From the NCBI GenBank assembly GCA_905178155.1, contig CAJINV010000003.1, positions 10,051,979-10,115,978 of the forward strand: a stretch of 64,000 bases of DNA. The letters are read 5' to 3'. A model generated the notes under the pieces. That model was not told the DNA's origin and searched no databases. It saw only the letters and a program-made list of their open reading frames with translations. Within the stretch, counting starts at the first letter, position 1. Every line of letters starts with the position of its first letter. The DNA comes from Amoebophrya sp. A120. Its lineage: Eukaryota > Protista > Dinoflagellata. This document shows positions 36,110 to 47,762 of this stretch, one piece after another. Both the position numbers and the translations under genes were made by a program.

Positions 36110-37240
36110 TCGCGCATTGCGGCCGTTCTTGGATAGCAAATCTTGCGCGAGGAGTTCTTTGTCTCTCAATGAAGATGTAGAGACGCCGCTCGCGTATAGT
36201 CGTGTTTCATCGAGCGGGTCGACCAGTGCAGAACAGGAGAAGCAGGGCGTGCGTGACAGCAATGCCGGTTCCGCAACGAAAAGTAGCCTGCAAGCTGGTC
36301 GCTCTTGCGCGAAAAAAGTTCCGGCGTTCCGAGGCGTTCCGCCCGAGGTTCTCCACTCGGGAAATCCGCCGCGGCGAGTGCACTCACCGCCAAACGCCCG
36401 CGTGATCCGCGTGGCGCTGATTGGGCTCCCTAATGCGGGCAAGTCATCGCTGTTGAATGCGTGCGTCGGGGGTATTCCCGTGGCTGCCGTCTCGCAGAAG
36501 GTAAACACGACCAATACAGATGAAATTCGTGGCGTGTATACTTCAAAGAATGTGCAGGTGCTTTTCCAAGACGCCCCTGGGATCTTGCCCATCCGGCCAA
36601 AGCACCGGGAGTTGGCGAGGAAGGCGTGGGACGGGTACAAGAATGCGGATCTGGTCCTGCTGGTTGTTGATGTCGTGCGTCGACCCACCAGCGAGTTTTT
36701 TGGTCTTCTACGGAAGCTCGCTCCGCTTCCGCTGATGGGCTGCGGAAAAAATAGTAAAAGACCCGGCCAATGCTCTTACCGAACAAGAGCAGGCGTAGAT
36801 GACAGCAGTGAAGCTGGCAGCAGCACAGTAGAATCGGAAAGGTCCAGAGTGGATCCCGGATGTAGAAAACTGACTACCGATACTGCGAATGTTATTGAGC
36901 CCCGGCTACCCCGCTGGGCTGCGTGCTGTGTCGCGGGGGCCTCAGCAGCTGCAGCTTTTCCAAGAGTACACCTGAATCGAGCAGACCGCTGCGAGACCGG
37001 AAACGCTTCGTCTGTGCCTTCGAAGGAGAACCCAGCGTCCGGCGATTTGAGCAAACGGCGCAAGCCCTTCGTTCTCTCTGGACAGGAGTTCTTGCTTCGG
37101 GAAATGGGGGATGCACCGCAACAGCACCTAGGCGCAGAAACCCTGGCGCGCCCGCCGGGAGCCAAGTTTCGATCGAGTGCATGCGGTTTTGGTGGTTCCG
37201 ACGACCAAGCCGGCACACCGCGAAACTTTGAGGAACGTCG
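36110..37240 (+). CDS. era: Era/ERAL1-like GTPase, exon with G1-G3 (3' boundary approximate)
   Basis: VALIGLPNAGKSSLLN (G1), VSQKVNTT (G2), FQDAPG (G3), ADLVLLVVD. Candidate acceptor catacacag at 36109. Donor not resolved. ORF 35290-35802 may be an upstream exon. Confidence 0.88.
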
Positions 37241-37639
37241 CGACTATTGAAGATAAAAGTACACCATCCCTACAAGAACATTCCTGATGCTGCAATTCTT
37301 AGATATTCTCCTGGTGGGGCTACATCATGATGCAAACCCTACAATGCAGACCCGGCCATAAACATAACTAGCAAAGCCAGCTTCGCCTGGAAGTAGGCAG
37401 TGGAAGAAGAAATGCAAATGTCAGCTACCGTCATGATCTAGATAACCAATCAAAAGCGCCCGGCCCGAAAGCAAAGCAAAGAAGTCAAAGCGCCGGCTCG
37501 CCCAATGTGCTTCGTTGTCGCGGCTCCGGCGCGCCCAGATTGGTCGCCCCGGCTCCGGCGTTCTCGATCTGGTCGCCCCGGCTTCGGCGCGCCCAATCTG
37601 GTCAACCCGTCCCCGAAGGCGCATGGACGTGACTCGATG

Positions 37640-38020
37640 GCGTCGGACAACTTCCGACCCGTCGGGCTATTTTTGGCTGTCCGACGGCCGTCGGGCAACT
37701 TCTACGCCGTCGGGCGACTTTTGGCGGTCCGACGGCCGTCGGGCAACTTTTGGGCCGTCGGACGACTTTTGGCTGTCCGACGGCCGTCAAAGTCGTCCGA
37801 CGGCCGTCGGGTGACATTTGGATGCCCGACGGCCGTCGGACAACTTCTGAGCCGTCGGATGACATTCGTTTTTCCGACGGCCGCCGGGCAGCTTCTGAGC
37901 CGTCGGACAAGTTCAGAGCCGTCGGACGACTTTTGGTTGTCCGGCGGCCGTTGGACAAGTTTTGAGCCGTCGGACGGCTTTTGGTTGTACGACGGCCGTC
38001 GGACGACTTTTGACTGGCCG
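37640..38020. repeat. Minisatellite built on the 14-bp palindrome CCGACGGCCGTCGG (Era intron)
   Basis: Repeated ccgacggccgtcgg / gagccgtcggac units, followed by a ctcaaa hexamer tract to ~38290. Confidence 0.9.
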
Positions 38021-39806
38021 TCTTCGAGCTCTTATCTTAAACTCAAACTCGAGCCCGAGCTTGTGTCTCAAACTCACGCTCGAGCTCGCGCTTGTGTCTC
38101 AAACTCAAATTCGCGCCTGTCTCTCAAACTCAAACTTGAGCACGTAGCTCAGCGGCGAGCTTGTGCCTGAAACTCAAGTTCGCGCTTGTCTCTCAAACTC
38201 AGGCGCCAGTTTGTATCTCAAGCGTTAGTTTGGTTTTGAGCCTCAAACTCGAGCGCGATTCTGAGCCTTAAGCTCAACGCTGGAACTCCAACGGACACGG
38301 GCATTTTCTTAATCCATGGCAGGCATCTTCTCCACAGGGGTTTAGATTGATCAGGTTTACTAAAGTTAAGCCACGTACGCTTCGCGCGTACTAATGTGAA
38401 GAAAACGAGCGCAGTCATACCGCTAGCATGAAAATCCACAAAAGCAAAAGCAAAAAATATGAGAGCGAAGCCATAGAAGCCGGCAAAAGAGCGCAAAATG
38501 TACACGCGGGGCCAGCTCGAGTCCGGACCTGCCGGAGTCCGCCGGACCTTCTTTCTCTGTCCGCCGGAGTCTTGCAGAATCTCGAAAAGGAGCCCTATTC
38601 CATGGCGCTCGCCCGTAAAGGGCTCCGGGGCGGCAGGAGGCTCGCGCTCTGGTTGCCGGCCTGGCCCGCCGCAATCCGGCGGCGCAGCCGGGGCTGGCCG
38701 CATCTTTCTGTCGGTTGCCGCCAGCCTTTCCGAAGTCGGCCGGCCTCAAGGAAGGCCCGCCGTCCTCGCTTGTAAAGCCTATCTGCCCGGCTTGTATGTA
38801 CTTAGAGCCTAGCGCGCCGACGTGTCCGGCCGTCGAGTTCGCAGGGCCGCCCATTGGGAGTCCGACCGCCACGGCTGCGGGTGTTCCTGTGACGAACCTT
38901 CTACCTAGAGCTTTTGCCTCCATTCCACCTGTGGCGAACCTTCTACCTAGAGCTTGTGCCTGCGGGCCGGACCGGACCGGATAGCGCCCGTCGGGCCTGC
39001 CGACTTCATCGGCAGGCTCGGCAGGATAGAACTACAGACCGACGCTGCGAACGAAGAGGGTAAAAAGGGCGAGGGCGCCGAAGAGTGGCGGCGCGGGCCG
39101 GCGTCAGCTTCGGGCCTATTTGGCTTGTTTTTAGCATTTGGATTTGACGGGAAGGCTTTGCCCGTTGGCTTTGGGGCTTTGCTTCAGGCTCTGGGCTTCA
39201 GATTTGGTCAAGGAGAACCATAGAAGCAGCACCTGAAAAATCAGGCACACCCCCCACCGTGCGGGGCCAATCAGCATAGACGTGCTCTCGTCTGAGTGTT
39301 TCAACTACGTGGCAGCCCCGCTGGTGGAAAAACTCGCAGGGAGGAAGTGCGAAGACTCAGCGAGCAGGCCAGGGGCATGGGAGGTCGCTCGGGGGTGTCC
39401 CAGCGGCGGTGTTTGGAATTAGTTGCGTTTATTTTGCGAAAATCCCATCTCCACCTGAAAGGGGAAGACGGGCGAGGGTGTGGCTCGTAAAAGATGCCTG
39501 CGCTGATATTCCGCGCGAGCGGGCTTCCGGCTGCCACCTCTAAACGGGGAAAAGGCCAGGGATAGGAGTGACCTGGCATGCGCAAGGCAACCGGGTTTCG
39601 CAAGGAATTAACGTGGAAGCGGGATGATGCGTTATACTGGCGCCGCCACTTGCACTTGCTGTGTTATGACTACTACGCAGGGGGAGACAGTGCTCCCGCT
39701 TGTGTCAGCGAAAATCTACATTGGTATACAGAGTCTACAGTGGTGGGAAGGCACTTAATCTGTTGCTGAAAGAACTAAATTCATGTGTGGCTTTCGTTTT
39801 TCGTAG

Positions 39807-40796
39807 GATACGGACGGGAATTTCACGGCAATCGTGCAGCCGCACCTGGTGGCCGATTTTGCAGCGGAGCAGAGCGTCGAAAAAAATTTTAATGATGATA
39901 TGCAGAATGCCTACGCTCCTCGTTTGTCGGCAGAGGCCGATGCGGGAAGTGCGGTGCAAGACGCGAATGATCTTCAGAGGAGGGCTAGGGCCTCCAGCCG
40001 CACGGCGGACGGAAAGCAGTGCGCTGGCCTGGCGGCTACTGACCAGGAGCAGCTTTCCACGCCCACCTGCTCAGGCGACACCGGAGGACAGACCGAAGAA
40101 TGTTTCGATCCGTGCCCGGAGCTAACGATGCTGCTACCTGCGCGACTGCGACTGGAAGAGCCCGGGAACGAAGTACCTACATATGTGCGCACCGCGGCAA
40201 AGCCTTTGGCAAGCCAGGGTGGAGCCACGTCTGGTAATGAACAGCACAGGCCGAGGCGGAGGCCGCCAGTGGTTCTGGTGCTGAACAAAATCGATAAGGA
40301 GCCGGAGCACCGATGGGTGGCGGCGCGGCGGCGTGAAATAACGGCACGCGCCAGCTTCGACAAAGTGTTTTTGGCGTCGGCTCTGGAGAACCGCGGGATT
40401 GAGTCGTTGCTGCGTTTCCTAGTCAACCATGCAAACCAAGACGACGCGACATTGCGGGACGCTTGGCTGTATCCCGCAGAGCAGAAAACCAGCCTCAGCA
40501 AGCCCGACCAGGTAAAGCAATCCGTCCGCGCGGTGTTAATGACCTGGTTTCACAAAGACGTGCCCTACAAGGTCGACCAGGAGGTGGTGGGATGGTGGGA
40601 GCTTGACGGAGACCGCGATATTTCGCGGGATGAAGATATTTCACCAGAACAAGATGTAGTCGGTCTCAAGAGCGTGAGCAACGAAACGGTAGGCGCCCTT
40701 GTTGATAAACTCGGGGTGAAACGTAAAAAAGAACCACTTTCTGGGACGCAAGAAGAAGGACCCGCAGCTGCCAGGGATAGAAATGACACGATGGCG
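39807..40796 (+). CDS. era: Era GTPase, exon with G4-G5 and start of the KH region
   Basis: VVLVLNKID (G4), FLASALENRGIESL (G5), WLYP, FHKDVPY. Acceptor tttttcgtag at 39806 and phase-0 donor gcg|GTATCC at 40797. Confidence 0.88.
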
Positions 40797-40859
40797 GTAT
40801 CCGTGAATCGAGCTCCACTTGGGCTGCAGCTATGCATTGCAAATAAAATAGGTACAAGG

Positions 40860-42016
40860 AGGAACCAGGTACCCTACCGAACCAGGTACCCGGGACCAGG
40901 TACCCGGGACCAGGTACCCAGGTCCAGGGACCCTGGGACCAGGTACCCCGGGACCAGGTACCCGGGACCAGGTACCCTGGGGCCAGGTACCCAGAAAACA
41001 ACCCCCTCCCCAACCTGTCTCGACGAAGCTGCCCACCAGGCTGTCTTCGCGAAAACCAAAATCGACACACTCCGTCGCAGTCCGGAACGACGCCGCCGAG
41101 TATGTCTGCGCTGCAAACTTGTCTGGGTCTGGAAGGTTGCCATGCTTGACCAGCGGCGCTCGGGTTGGCAGTTTGGTGGGTGGGTTCGTTTTTCGCGTAC
41201 CAGGGTGCTCGCTCCCGGGCGGCCAGAGCGGCGTACTGGGTTGCGCTGTATCATTTAGCATGAAGAAAGAAGCGGCCTCCCCCGGCTTTAAAAACGGCGG
41301 ACCGGGGTACCCTGTTCCGTGGGTGCCTACAAGGGCTGGGCACCCTATGAGAAGAGGGACGGGGGGCCCACGTCCGGGCATTCGCGTCTGGGTACCGGGT
41401 GCCCACATCCGGGTATCCGGACGTGGGCACCCGGACCGGTACCCACATCCGGGCATCCACATCTGCGCACCGGGTGCCCCCCGCCGGGCACCCGGGTCCG
41501 GAGATGTGGGCACCCGGTGCCCCGATGTGGATATCCAGATGTGAAACCGCTTGACTTTTCGCGTCGCTTTCTGCTAGCTAAAGTTGAAGAGGTGGGCTCC
41601 CACATCCGGCGGGCGCGAGGTGCTCACATCCTGGTACTCACATCTAGGCACCAGGCGCCCAAAGCCACAGCCGATATCCACATCTGGGCACCGGGTGCCC
41701 ACATGCGGGCACCGCTACCCATATCCGGCCATCTACATCTGCGTACCGGGTGCCCACATCCGGGAACCCGGGGACGGAGATGCGGACAGCCGGTGCCCAG
41801 GTGTGGACGTCCAGACGTGAAACCGCTTGAGTTTTCGTGTGACTTTTTTTTTTCAACTCAAAGTTGAAAAGGTGCCCACATCCGGGTATCCGCATCTCCG
41901 GTCCGGGTGCCCACATCCGGGTACCCGGGTGCCTGGTCCCAGGGTACCCGGTCCCAGGGTACCTGGTCCCAGGGTACCTGGTCCCAGGGTACCTGGTCCA
42001 AGGGTACCTGGTTCCT
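40860..42016. mobile_element. Foldback-like element with GGTACC-rich tandem arms (Era intron)
   Basis: Perfect 16-bp IR aggaaccaggtaccct (40860-40875) / agggtacctggttcct (42001-42016). ~15-bp ccaggtacccgggac units at left and their complement at right. Internal gtgcccacatccggg repeats. Confidence 0.85.
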
Positions 42017-42322
42017 ACCTCTACCAATGAAATATCCTATCTGGGTCTGGAAGAATGCACTTCGTATGTAACGCGTCCTGTGGTTCAGGTTCACACAAAG
42101 ATCTGTCTTGAATGACTACCAAATAAAGCTACGACTTCTATTGGTCGATTTGAGCGGCAGCGGACCCGGACCCGGACGCTTCTCATGCAGAATAGTCATG
42201 GCTATGGGTATGGCGACGACCTCGCCCGTTCTGTGATGCTAATTCGGGAAGCAAGGCTTCACGCGGTATGGAAAATCTGCATGACGGGTTTCAGGAGACC
42301 CAGACACATTTGCATTGGATAG

Positions 42323-42691
42323 GAGCGAGCGGAGGGCAGCTCACCACTGTCGCGTCATTCAGAGAATTCTCGCGCCGTTGGAGTGGAAGATGGCGCAGGC
42401 AGCAGCAGCAGCAGTGGAGGAGGCACAGTCACCGGAGTAAAAACTGCGAGAGATACAAAAAGAACAATCGTGATTGAGCACCAGCTTACCGTGTCCGATT
42501 CCGTAGTGGCCCGCATGATCTGCGGCGTTGGGGGTCGTCTGTTGACGAGACTGCGTGAAAATGTTGCTTTTCAATTAGAAAAGATCTGGGGCGTGCAGCG
42601 TGTTGACCTTCGGATTACTGTTAAGTCTACCAAGAGCCGGCTCAGTCGACTGGATCTTCGTTTGAAAGCCGCAGCCATCCAGAATATGTGA
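42323..42691 (+). CDS. era: Era GTPase, terminal exon (type II KH domain)
   Basis: IVIEHQLTV..VARMICGVGGRLL..L..QLEKIWG..VDLRITVK. In frame after gatag (42322). Intron 40797-42322 is GT-AG, phase 0. Confidence 0.85.
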   Translation, partial: ERAEGSSPLSRHSENSRAVGVEDGAGSSSSSGGGTVTGVKTARDTKRTIVIEHQLTVSDSVVARMICGVGGRLLTRLRENVAFQLEKIWGVQRVDLRITVKSTKSRLSRLDLRLKAAAIQNM

Positions 42692-43149
42692 CGCGCGTAC
42701 ACATGCAAATGCATAATGACGGAAATATACCGGCGACGGAAAGGCTTTCCTGCTACAGGGAGGATTGTCTTTCGCTCTCTGATAATAGTACATGCGCCCC
42801 GTGTCATCTTCTCATTTTGAGAATCGGACATACAGGTGGCCCGCGTGTGTTTTTCAATTTAGCCACGTTATTTCGTCCTCCTCTGTGGTCTTTAGAATGG
42901 TAATGTTATTGTTATGGTGTGCCATTCATTGTCCGAGGTAGTCCATAGTTGCGTGGCCCCGTCGTTGATTCGTTGACTGCTTTGAAGGTGTGCCCGCAAA
43001 GGGTCATCCCATTCCGGTGGACTGAAAAACAGGAGGAGTCAGGTCTGGATCTCGCGCAGCTGTGGAGGGGGCACACCGGCGCGGAATATTCCACATAGCT
43101 TGAGGACAACAGTACGCAAGGAAACCAAGAAACTAAAGAGGAAAAAGGG

Positions 43150-44676
43150 CGCATGAGTTAAAAAGACTCCCCGTCCTTGACGTCGCAAACTCGCCCTATT
43201 GGGGAACGGGGGCCGAAATAGTGCAACTCCGAGCCTTTCGCATGTGAGTAAAGATAGAAAGCAAGGACACGACCAACGCAAAGTGGCGGGCGTCGTCTTT
43301 CTTAAATTGCGCAAAGAATCGCCACGCCGCAAAGAATCGCCACGCCGCAAGCCGTGACGCAGAGTTGCCCCTGACAATGCGGCGCGCCGGAGAGGGCTGC
43401 TAGGGTGGGCTCCTAAAAAACCTACGCGCCCTGCAGCAATAATGTTACGGGTGAGGGTATGAGGCGCGCCAGCGTCGTATTTGTCCGCTGCAGGGCAAAA
43501 ATTTTCCTCGTGATCATCTCCCGGAGTGATAGGCCGCTCTAGTATCGCTCCACTTCCCGCTGGCCAACGGAGAGTGGGGTGGTATGCAGTGAGGTCACCG
43601 AGCGGCTCTAACCAGGGAGGTTTTTTGACAGTTACCTTGAAAAACGGCCGGTAGTTTTCAATCGGCCGGAAGTGTTTTTTTATTATATAAAAAGTTCCCA
43701 ATTACGAAGCGGCTTTGGCGGTGCTGGCACCGAATCGCCAGCGGGTTCTATCGGTCGCCGCTTGAAAAAACGACGCAGAGGAGCCGGCAAAGGTGGCGCC
43801 CTTTTGCGGCGCCCACCGCCTTGGTTTCTGGCGGTTTCGGGCGCCCAAAAGGGCGCCCGAAAAAGCGCGCCCAAAGTCCGAACAGCGAAACACCCTGGCA
43901 CGGCCGCGGTTTCGGAGCATTTTGGGCTGCCGCGAAAGCGGCCGCCTTTTCGCCGGTTACAGAGCGTGGGGGGGCGCCGGCGCGAAAAATAAAAACGCAA
44001 AAAAGATGAAAAAGCGCGCCAGACGCGCGAAGCCAATCGGCATGCTATGGGCCCGGTTTTTCTTCGCTTCTTGGGCGACGCCCGGATCGGCCCCAGAGCG
44101 TCGGGGCTGGCTTTCGGAGGGGGGTTTCGGAAATTTGCTAAAATTCGTCACGTCTTCCAGGCGCCCGCCATATCTCGCGGCCGGCCTAACGGTACCCCCG
44201 GCAGCATGGCGGCCCCAGAAAAAGCAAAGCCGTGGCCAGGGCGATGGTCGTCAAGAAAACGCCGACGACCTCACTACCCCCGCCCCGGCGGCTATGTTTG
44301 GCACTCTGGTGAGCCACTTCGAGACTGGTGATCGTCGGAGTGGCAACCCATCGAATTCTCGCTCCATATCCCCCGCTGCGCAACCACCACCGGAAATGGA
44401 TTGATAACGCACTGAATCAGCAGCCCGGCAAAAGTCTGGCCTTCCAGCTCCGTCGCCGAAAGAGGCATCGTCGCCGCGTGATGCGGTTTCGTTAGCAAGC
44501 GGGAGAGCGTTTTGCGTTATCACGACACCAAGAACGTCACTCCGAGTCCGGAACGCGAGCGAGGAAGTGGAGTGATATACGAGAACTCAATGAAAGAAGC
44601 AAGTGCTATAATTCCGGGGAGAAATCCCACTTCCGGCGTTACGACGTTTTCCCGGAGTGATTCCAGAACGTGCTAG
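43150..44676. repeat. Dispersed ~810-bp repeat (filled copy; interrupted at 43585-44303)
   Basis: Colinear with 61987-62795. Both end ...ccggagtgattccaNaacgtgCTAG. Confidence 0.88.
43585..44299 (+). mobile_element. subTIR + 3'-hairpin element family, copy D
   Basis: GGTA|TGCAGTGAGGTCACCG ... GACCTCACTAC-ccccgccccggcgg-CTATGTTT|GGCA. Absent from the paralogous site at 62421 (TGGTAC). Confidence 0.9.
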
Positions 44677-46569
44677 ATTTTTATATATGGAAACCGGTAC
44701 GCGCTGAGGCCCCGTTCTCTACTGCGTCGCCTGTCGCCACTTTTAGCTCGTGTTGTGCGTCGTTTGTAAACGATTTCGCACAGAGAGATTCAGAGCGAAC
44801 AACCATGAGAGATCCAAAGAGAGAAGAGCGTAAGAGCGGTAGCGCTGTACTTCGTATTTATCCAATCTCCGAGTAGCAGTCACTGGCACATTACTGCTCA
44901 GGAGCAGAAATTGAGTCTAAACTTTTCATGTGGGGAAACAGCGTAGATTGAGTGTCTCTTTTTCCTCCCACCGTCCCCATCAGTTCCTATCTCCTAGTTC
45001 GTTATTTAAAAAAAATAAAAATGCGCTTTCTTTGCACGGGCCCGCCACAGCTGGACTCAGTAGCAATAGTCAAACGCAGGCGGGAGGACCTCGAGGAAAA
45101 GCAACAAAAAGAACTTCAAGCCAAAGGAGTTCTTGCTGCCGCCATATTCCTAATCAAAACAAATTCTGTCGTCGAAGTGAGTGAGCTATGAAAAGAAACT
45201 GTCAAAGTCACCAAACACAGTGAACTTTTGTAAGATGAAGATCATGATAAATAAGCTATACTCTTGTCAACGGGGCGCGGGGCGGGCGCAACCCAATGGA
45301 CAAAAGCTTTCCAATAGTCGATGCTTGCTTGTTCTTCAAACTTAGTCTTTCCCTGTTTTGCGGACCTTTCATCTCGCGTCGCACTGATGTTTCCTATCAT
45401 GGCGGGCCAGGCTTGGGGGGCGAGTCGTGGTAGTCCTGTTTCTTCAAGCGCGATGTTCCCATGATGAAAATGACGGAAGCTGCAGGCGCTGCACTAAGTA
45501 TGTTGAGTCATGCGAGTGCAAGTAGCCATGCTCATCTTCTGGTTGGGGCCAAGAATGAGAGGCAGATTGCTTTCATCAGCAGGACAGGAAGACAAGAAAA
45601 GCGAGGCTATCTAGAAATAGAATCGTCGAGAATCAGAACAGCAGTAGATATCACAATGCAAATCATAATGAAAGGATTATCGGGAGCGACGATAAATGTC
45701 CATCAATGGGAATTGCGCCATATGTTAGTTTACCGGCCAGCCCCCGGCGGAGGCCGCCGGGGAGGGGGCTGTTCGGCGGAGGTGTTCCGGTGGGGAAGGC
45801 GGCGCCAATCCATCGCTGCCCGCCAAACAAGAAACAGAGAGCGCTGCCCGTAGTAGATGGCGCGCGGGCGCGTCCTGCACTTGCAGGGCCGGCCCTGTTA
45901 GCTGTGCGCCGAGAGAAAAGGCGAGCAGGATTTTTTTTCACCTGTAGCCGCAACAACTAACTTCACGACGCTACCGCGGCGGCGCACTTGCTGCCCCGCC
46001 GCGCGCGGGCGTTGTGAGTGTGAAGTTGCGGCCACCCTAGGTGGCCGCCCACGTTAAGGCGTGGCGCCGCGCCCCCTCTGGGGGACGCAGAGCGGCGCAC
46101 TCACTTTGAACAGCCGCCCCGATCTGAAAACAAAAGCAAGGCCGGCCGATCTTTGCGCACGAGGCGGCGCGCGCAGACAAGCGGGCGTCGCTCCTGGAGA
46201 TGGTCCGGAAGAGGATCCGGGAGAGGTCCCGAGAGGGTCCGTTGAGAGGTAGAGCAGAGGCTCCCGGAGAGGGTCGCGGTAGAGAGTCGCCTAGAGGGCC
46301 GCCCTATACTACGCACCCTCTCCGACCCTCTTTCCCTGCCCTCTACTTGACCTCTCCCCAACCTCTACGTACCCTACCTCTGCGCGCGTATAGCCCCGCT
46401 TTGGGGGCGTCTATACGGCGCACCCTCTCCCGACCGTCTATTTTATCTCTCCGACCGTCTATTTTACCTCTCGCGAACCTCTCCCAGACCTGTGCTGTAC
46501 CCTCACCAGCCCCGTTTTCTTCCATATACAATGATAATGATAATTCCCATGGTGGAGGTGGAAACACAA

Positions 46570-47372
46570 GCAATTAACAGTACAATAATGGCCGAAAAGG
46601 AATCCGGAAATCTGGACCGGACAAAAAGAAGGGAATCCGCCCCTGGCAGGGGGGACCCCCGGGGGGTTCCCCCCCCCTGGACCCCCCCCTGGGACGTGGC
46701 GCGGTAAATTTGTGCGAGAACAAGTTGTACATACAAAAACAATCGACGCGCACACGCATGCGCGCAGCAGGATTCTGCTGCTTAGGGCATTGCGTTGCCC
46801 CGCCCCTGCCGAGTGGGGCGGCCAAAGGCCGCCGGCCGAAGGGTCGCACGCTTGCGCGAGGAGCTTGCCGGCTGGCAAACACCAAGAGGCCCACGCTGCC
46901 TTCTCTGTTCCCCCCGGGTTGATGCGTGCGGCCACGCGTCCTGTTTTGCCCTTTTGGGCGGCCGAAGGCCGCCGGCCGATGGTTCGCTCCTCTGTCGCCC
47001 GTCCGAGGTTAGTATGAATCCCGTGGCCCGTGTTATAGCAAGGACAACAGCAAGAAAGCCTGGGCGCATTCGAAGGGTTAGCTTGGGAACCAACAAAGTA
47101 AGCTGGGGCGCAAGCCGGCAACCAACGGCGCACGGGGCGGTCAGTAAGAGGGCCGGCCCGCTCGGAAGCAAGCGGCCCGCCTGCAATTTTTTCGTGCCCT
47201 CCCCTTGCGCTATCGGTTAGTCTATTATTTTGAGGCGCGCCCCCCTTTTTGTGGTCCGTCTCTCTTTCTCCCAACACCATCGGCATCACCCTACCTGCTT
47301 TTATTCGTTCCGGTCCAGACTCTTAGGACCGGCCACCAAGGGGTCGCCCTTTAGAGCGACCCAAATCTTGTA
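46570..47372 (+). mobile_element. Second subTIR + 3'-hairpin (Helitron/Helentron-like) element
   Basis: IR tctggaccgga (~46611) / tccggtccaga (~47309), then the hairpin gggtcgc..gcgaccc (47341-47362) and cttg|t. Single copy; left end approximate. Confidence 0.45.
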
Positions 47373-47762
47373 ACTATGTATAACAAGCAATAGCGTTAGC
47401 GTAGTTCTAGCCTGGCCCTGGGCCATTTCTTCCCGGTATTACGTGCATAGTGCTGGCATCTTTGGCGTGCCCCTGGCTCCTCTTGAACATGTTTTAGCAA
47501 GCGCACCGCGAGGGAAAAAAGACTCCCCTGTTGGATCCTCGCAGCAGCGAAGCAAGCGGCGACTTGCGAGAGAGTGTTGATTTTTGTCCGCGCTGCTACC
47601 GTCTCCGTCCCGCCTGCCTCGTGGCATTGTGCTTCACACATGACGAAGCTACAGTGCGACATGTAATCCTGAGATAGTTCGTCTCGTCTTGTTACCGCCG
47701 CTGCGGCCGCCGCGCGTCTGCATTCGTTGCCTTCGTTCCTGAACTAAGTAGCTGTGTCAACC

